From Fonticula alba ATCC 38817 (Eukaryota > Protista > Nucleariida), in assembly GCA_000388065.2 (NCBI GenBank), contig KB932210.1: a stretch of 12,939 nucleotides of DNA; one strand, written 5' to 3'. Every line of letters starts with the position of its first letter. The first letter of the stretch is position 1. Below the pieces are notes generated by a model, which was not told where the DNA came from, ran no database searches, and saw only the letters and a list, made by a program, of their open reading frames with translations. Position numbers and translations under genes: made by a program. Below, in pieces: positions 9,260-12,939 of this stretch.

Positions 9260-12200
9260 TCCCTGCTCGAGGAGCAGCTCTACAAGCCTCTGCACCAGAT
9301 GACCTTCCCCGGCGCCCCGGGGCACCGGTACACACCGGCCGGCCGGCGGACCATGGCCCTGCGCTGGTCCCAGACCAACACACTTGAGGTCTTCCGGCAG
9401 GAGATCTTCCCGAGCACCATGCCGGAGTTCCGGTGGGGCCCCTTCCTGGAGGTGACGCCCAGCGCGTGGGTCCCGTCGGTGCGTGGCAAGACCGGCCTCG
9501 GCCCGCTGAGCAGGCTGCTGGTGTTCCCGGTCCCCGACACCGACATGCCCGTGGTCGTGGAGTACGACACCATCGACATGGCCCTCCTCCAATCGGCCCA
9601 CATCCACACCCTGCCCTGGACCGGGCACCAGATGGAGCTTCTCGCCGGCCGCGGGGTCGACCTCGACACCGTCCTCTTCCTGGTGTCCCAGAGGCTGGGC
9701 GACAACACACGCGAGGTCAGCCTCATGGTCCTGGCCGCCTCGGAGACCAGCCTGCCCCTGGAGCTGCTCCTCAAGGTGCCGGCCAATGATCCCGCGGGGT
9801 TGCACGCCGCTCCCGGCCCGGGAACATCGCTGCTCCTGCTCGCCGGGGATATCCTGTACCAGGTGTCCCTCACTGCCTCTTGGGATGTGGAGTACATGAT
9901 GGCTCCCCTGGGCATTGCCAACATCCTCGGCATGCATGTCTCGCGGCTGCTGCCGAGTGAGGGTGCTGCGTGTGCCTCCGGCGACCTGGTCCTCCTGCTG
10001 GCCGACCGCACCATCCGGGTGTTTCCCTGCTTCGCGGTGGACTCGCCGCTGCCGGGCTCCGTGGATGGGGCCCTGCCGCCGGGGGCCCTGACCCCCGGGC
10101 GCTTCCTCAATCCCACGCTGGACTCCATCACCCAGCCGGTCCCCTTCCTGTACTACTTGGACTCCGGCACCCCGCAGTCCGGGGGCCTGGTCCTGTGGCG
10201 CGCGCACATCACGCCATCTGCCTCGCAGAAGTTCACCTGGTCTCGCCTACAGACCCTCCACTCGCCCTTCGACCCGCAGGTGGACCTTGTGCGCATGCGG
10301 CTTGCCGCCTCCGGCGGCGGCGGCGGCGGCGCCGCCGACGACGACGCCCATGACCGCTGGCTTCCGCTGGTCGAAGATTTTGTCCTCTTCGACTCGGAGC
10401 AATTTGGCTGCGGCACCGACGACAGCATTATTTGCTCCGGCCCCGGCCTCGACCTGGGCCCGAATGTGCAAAGCGAATGTGCCCCGTCCCGGTCGATCAG
10501 CATGCTGGTCCCATCCGAGCGCCTATGCGCCGGCTGCGCTCCTGGCTACTCGATGAGCTGGTCGGATCGTGCGTCTTCCGATGGCCCCCTGGCCTGTGGT
10601 GTCCTTCACCTGTGTCTTTCTCTCTTGTCCCCTCTCTGCTTCGTCCTCGTCCCCTCGTGTCTCTCTCTCTCTCTCTCCCTTATCCTCTCCCTTATCCCCT
10701 CTCGGCCCCTCGCCCCCCCCCTCCCCCGCATCTTCTGCGCTGCATTCGCTGACCCATTCCGCTCTCTGTCCCCGTCGGCACACCCCCCCCCCCCTGCGTA
10801 TGGGCTTGTGCGGCTGCCGGCATGCCGGTCCTGTGGCTGGCGCGGCGTAGCCACCTTGCCCTGTCGACTCTGCCCTGGCCACTGCGGCGCTTGCGACGAG
10901 TCGGGCTGCCTCATCTGCCTCGCAAATTGGATGCTGGAGCCGAGCGGCCCGGCCGGGCAGGCCGTCTGCGTGTCCAGCTGCTCGGCCGGCTTCGAGGCCG
11001 TGGCCAACACCTGCCAGCCGATCAGCCACCCGGGGCCGGATGTGTCGCTGGCCTTCGACCGGCCGGTGGTGTCGTCGCCCGGCATCAACGCCGGGACATT
11101 CGTCCTGGACACGCATCTGGCCCTGGGCCCGATGGGCGAGCTGACCATCCCGGCCGCGGCCCTGGCCAACCCGGCCGGGCCCCGGGCTGGGAGTCTCTTT
11201 TTCATGGACAACGGCCATGTGTGGCTGGCGCCCAGCCGGGGCATCAGCTCCTCCGGCTTGCCGGGGCTGCTGCTGGAGCTGGTGCCCCCCCTGTCGGGCT
11301 TCGCCACGGGCCCGGTCCATGGCGCGGTGGAGCTGGGGCCCTATCTCGAGGATGGCCGGGCCGTCACGATGCTCGTCCTTTGCCATGGCGCCGGGCAGGG
11401 GATCTTCCTGTCGGTCTCCTGCCCGACCACCATCCTCGGGCCCGGGTGCTCGGTCGGGCTCCCGACGGCCATCCAGTCCGGGGGGGCCGCCTGCCAGGGC
11501 GTCCGGCGCCTTGACCCTGGCCATGCGATTCTCTCGCTCGATGCGTCGCACTCGGCGCTCCTCACCTGGCGCCACGCCCGGTGGCTGGATAGTCGCCTGG
11601 TGGCCGGCAGCCGCTTTGCCCTGCTGCCGGGCTGGCCGTCGGCCGGCGCCCAGCCCCCCGACCCGTGGCTCATGTACATCGACCAGGCGAACAGGCTCAC
11701 GGTCCTGCCGCTGGCCCTGCCGGAATCGGACCCCCGCATTCACATGCTGACCGGGGTGGCCCTGCCGACGGGTCTCCCCTCGCCGGCCGAGCTGCTTGCC
11801 CTGCCGGCCGGCGCCGGCCGGCTGGAGCCGGTGCTTTCCCTCCTCCATGAGGGCCTCTGGGTGGTGCACCTGCTGACCAAGGGCCTGGCGGGGGCCGGCC
11901 GTAATGTCGGCATGCTGACCACCAAGCAAACCCTCGGGGCCCTGCCCTCGCCACCGGACATGGGCTTCTCCTCGGTGACCTTCCAGGCCATCGACCTTTC
12001 CCCCGGGAGTGGCGAGCACCCGAGCGCCCTGGTGCTGCTGAGCGAGAAGTATGTGGGGCTGGCGGTGCTCCGGTGCCCCGGGTCCGGGCCCGGGCCGTGT
12101 GTCTTCCTGCCGGGCCGCTTTTACCAGCAGTCCCGGGCGCTGCCGCTGCTCGGCCGCCGGGGCGTCATCGCCCGGCCGGGGGGGCCGCTCGTCACCGATG

Positions 12201-12939
12201 CGCCCGGGCACCTGGCCACCCTGCTGGCCCTGGCCACCGGCTCGGACCCGGGCCTGGTGCTCACCTTCACGGCCGACTGCCCGAGCGGCACCTTCGGCCC
12301 CGAGTGCACCGCCTGCCATCCCACCTGCCAGCGCTGCGGCGGCCCGGGGCCCGACCACTGCCTGGACTGCGAGTTCTGGCTGCCCGGGGCGCCGGGCACA
12401 TGTCTGCCCGACTGCCCGGGCGGCGTCCCGCCCGGGCCCAGCGGCCAGTGCCCCTGCCCGGAGCACTGCACCACATGCGATGTCCAGTCGCCGGCTCCCC
12501 AGTGCTTGGCCTGTGCCCGGGGCTTTGCGCTGGACCCTGCCGGCGTGAGCCCGGGCCGGTGCGTCGCCTGCCACGCCAGCTGCGCCGAGTGCGCGCTCCC
12601 CGGCGACTCGGACGCCTGCACCAGCTGCCCGCCCGAGGCCGAGTGGCTCCTGGACGGGACGTGCGTGGCCGCCTGCCCGGCTGGCACCTGGCCCGATGCC
12701 CCCACGCGCGCGTGTCATCACTGCCCGGCCAGCTGCGCCACCTGCCAGTCGGCGAGTGCGTGCGCCACCTGCCCCGGCCAGCACTACCTCGGCCCGGACA
12801 GCCTGTGCCACGCGTGCAGCGGGTCGTGTGCCGCGTGCGACGGCAAGGCCTCCTGCGGGGCGTGCAAGCCCGGCCTGGTGTTCCTGTCGGCCGATCCGCA
12901 GCAGGCGTCCCTCTGCGGCAGCACCTGCGCCCCGGGCGA
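9053..12939 (+). CDS. Gene 2: paralog of gene 1, cysteine-rich surface receptor (probable receptor-like kinase); join(9053..10568,10851..>12939), 3' partial
   Basis: My translation of the frame starting at ATG 9053 (context CAGCATGG; nearest upstream in-frame stop TAA 8738-8740, no earlier ATG) has no stop to the window end. It gives MAMRATRPG...poly-Leu signal, then blocks matching gene 1: DLVLLLADRTIRVFPC vs DLVLLLEDGQILVWLC; LFDSEQFGCGTDDSIIC vs LFPSKDFLCGLDRSIRC; FQAIDL..PSALVLLS vs YQAIPL..PSALVILS; CPSGTFGPECTACHPTC vs CPEGTFGLDCQMCHPLC; PGLVFLSA.....SLCGSTCAPG in both. TM and kinase lie beyond the window and are inferred only. Confidence 0.9.
9176..9238 (+). repeat. Coding microsatellite (CTGCTGTCG)3(CTG)12
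   Basis: Read directly; encodes LLSLLSLLS followed by 12 Leu in the gene 2 frame. Confidence 0.95.
10569..10850 (+). other. Probable intron of gene 2 (282 nt, phase 1)
   Basis: Donor C|GTGCGT at 10569 sits at the same codon position as the gene 1 donor; pyrimidine-rich interior with (CT)8 and C12; branch-like GCTGAC at 10748-10753; the first AG after the donor is at 10849-10850 and is phase-compatible. The acceptor lacks an adjacent pyrimidine tract, so the 3' boundary is less certain. Confidence 0.72.
10661..10676 (+). repeat. (CT)8 microsatellite in the gene 2 intron
   Basis: Read directly. Confidence 0.9.
12278..12939 (+). other. Start of the furin-like Cys-rich repeat array of gene 2 (first ~5 units, truncated by window end)
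   Basis: CPSGTFGPECTACHPTCQRCGGPGPDHCLDC...; unit-by-unit colinear with gene 1 repeats 1-5. Confidence 0.9.

Noticed and set aside
8728-9387. Poly-Ala and poly-Cys ORFs (8728..9387, 8784..9302)
   Set aside because: Alternative frames of the CTG and CA repeats; the poly-Leu frame is the one continuous with the paralogous protein.
10599-10604. Alternative phase-1 donor G|GTGTCC in gene 2
   Set aside because: Weaker consensus, adds an unpaired Cys, and does not match the gene 1 intron position, unlike 10569.
175-10794. Several C runs of exactly 12 nt (175, 210, 426, 10783)
   Set aside because: More likely a sequencing or assembly limit on homopolymer length than biology; cannot be resolved without reads.
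633-12811. Long minus-strand ORFs (633..2717, 2744..5896, 5900..7561, 8666..10207, 10523..12811)
   Set aside because: They mirror the + strand genes, translate to Ala/Gly/Arg/His-rich sequence with no motifs, and are expected because GC-rich codon usage rarely uses TTA/CTA/TCA.

Overview
GC-rich eukaryotic genomic DNA carrying two head-to-tail paralogous genes on the + strand, each with one intron. Gene 1 (join <1404..2763, 2997..8152; start codon lost in the N gap 810-1403; 2171 aa visible) is a giant single-pass receptor kinase: signal peptide, ~380-aa unassigned module A, short Cys-rich linker, ~440-aa unassigned module B, ~18 furin-like/CXXC repeats, TM helix, then a non-RD (HCDLKPGN...DLG) TKL-type Ser/Thr kinase. 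Gene 2 (join 9053..10568, 10851..>12939; ~1200 aa visible) is missing from the ORF track because its frame has no stop inside the window. It has the same ectodomain order and an intron at the same codon position and phase. The paralogs are very divergent in modules A and B but colinear and more conserved in the Cys-rich stalk, a pattern suggestive of a diversified sensor or pattern-recognition receptor family. Composition and architecture suggest a protist; my unverified guess is the nucleariid Fonticula alba. Non-coding parts hold long C runs, (CA)n/(CG)n tracts and other microsatellites. The long minus-strand ORFs are shadows of the GC-rich coding frames.
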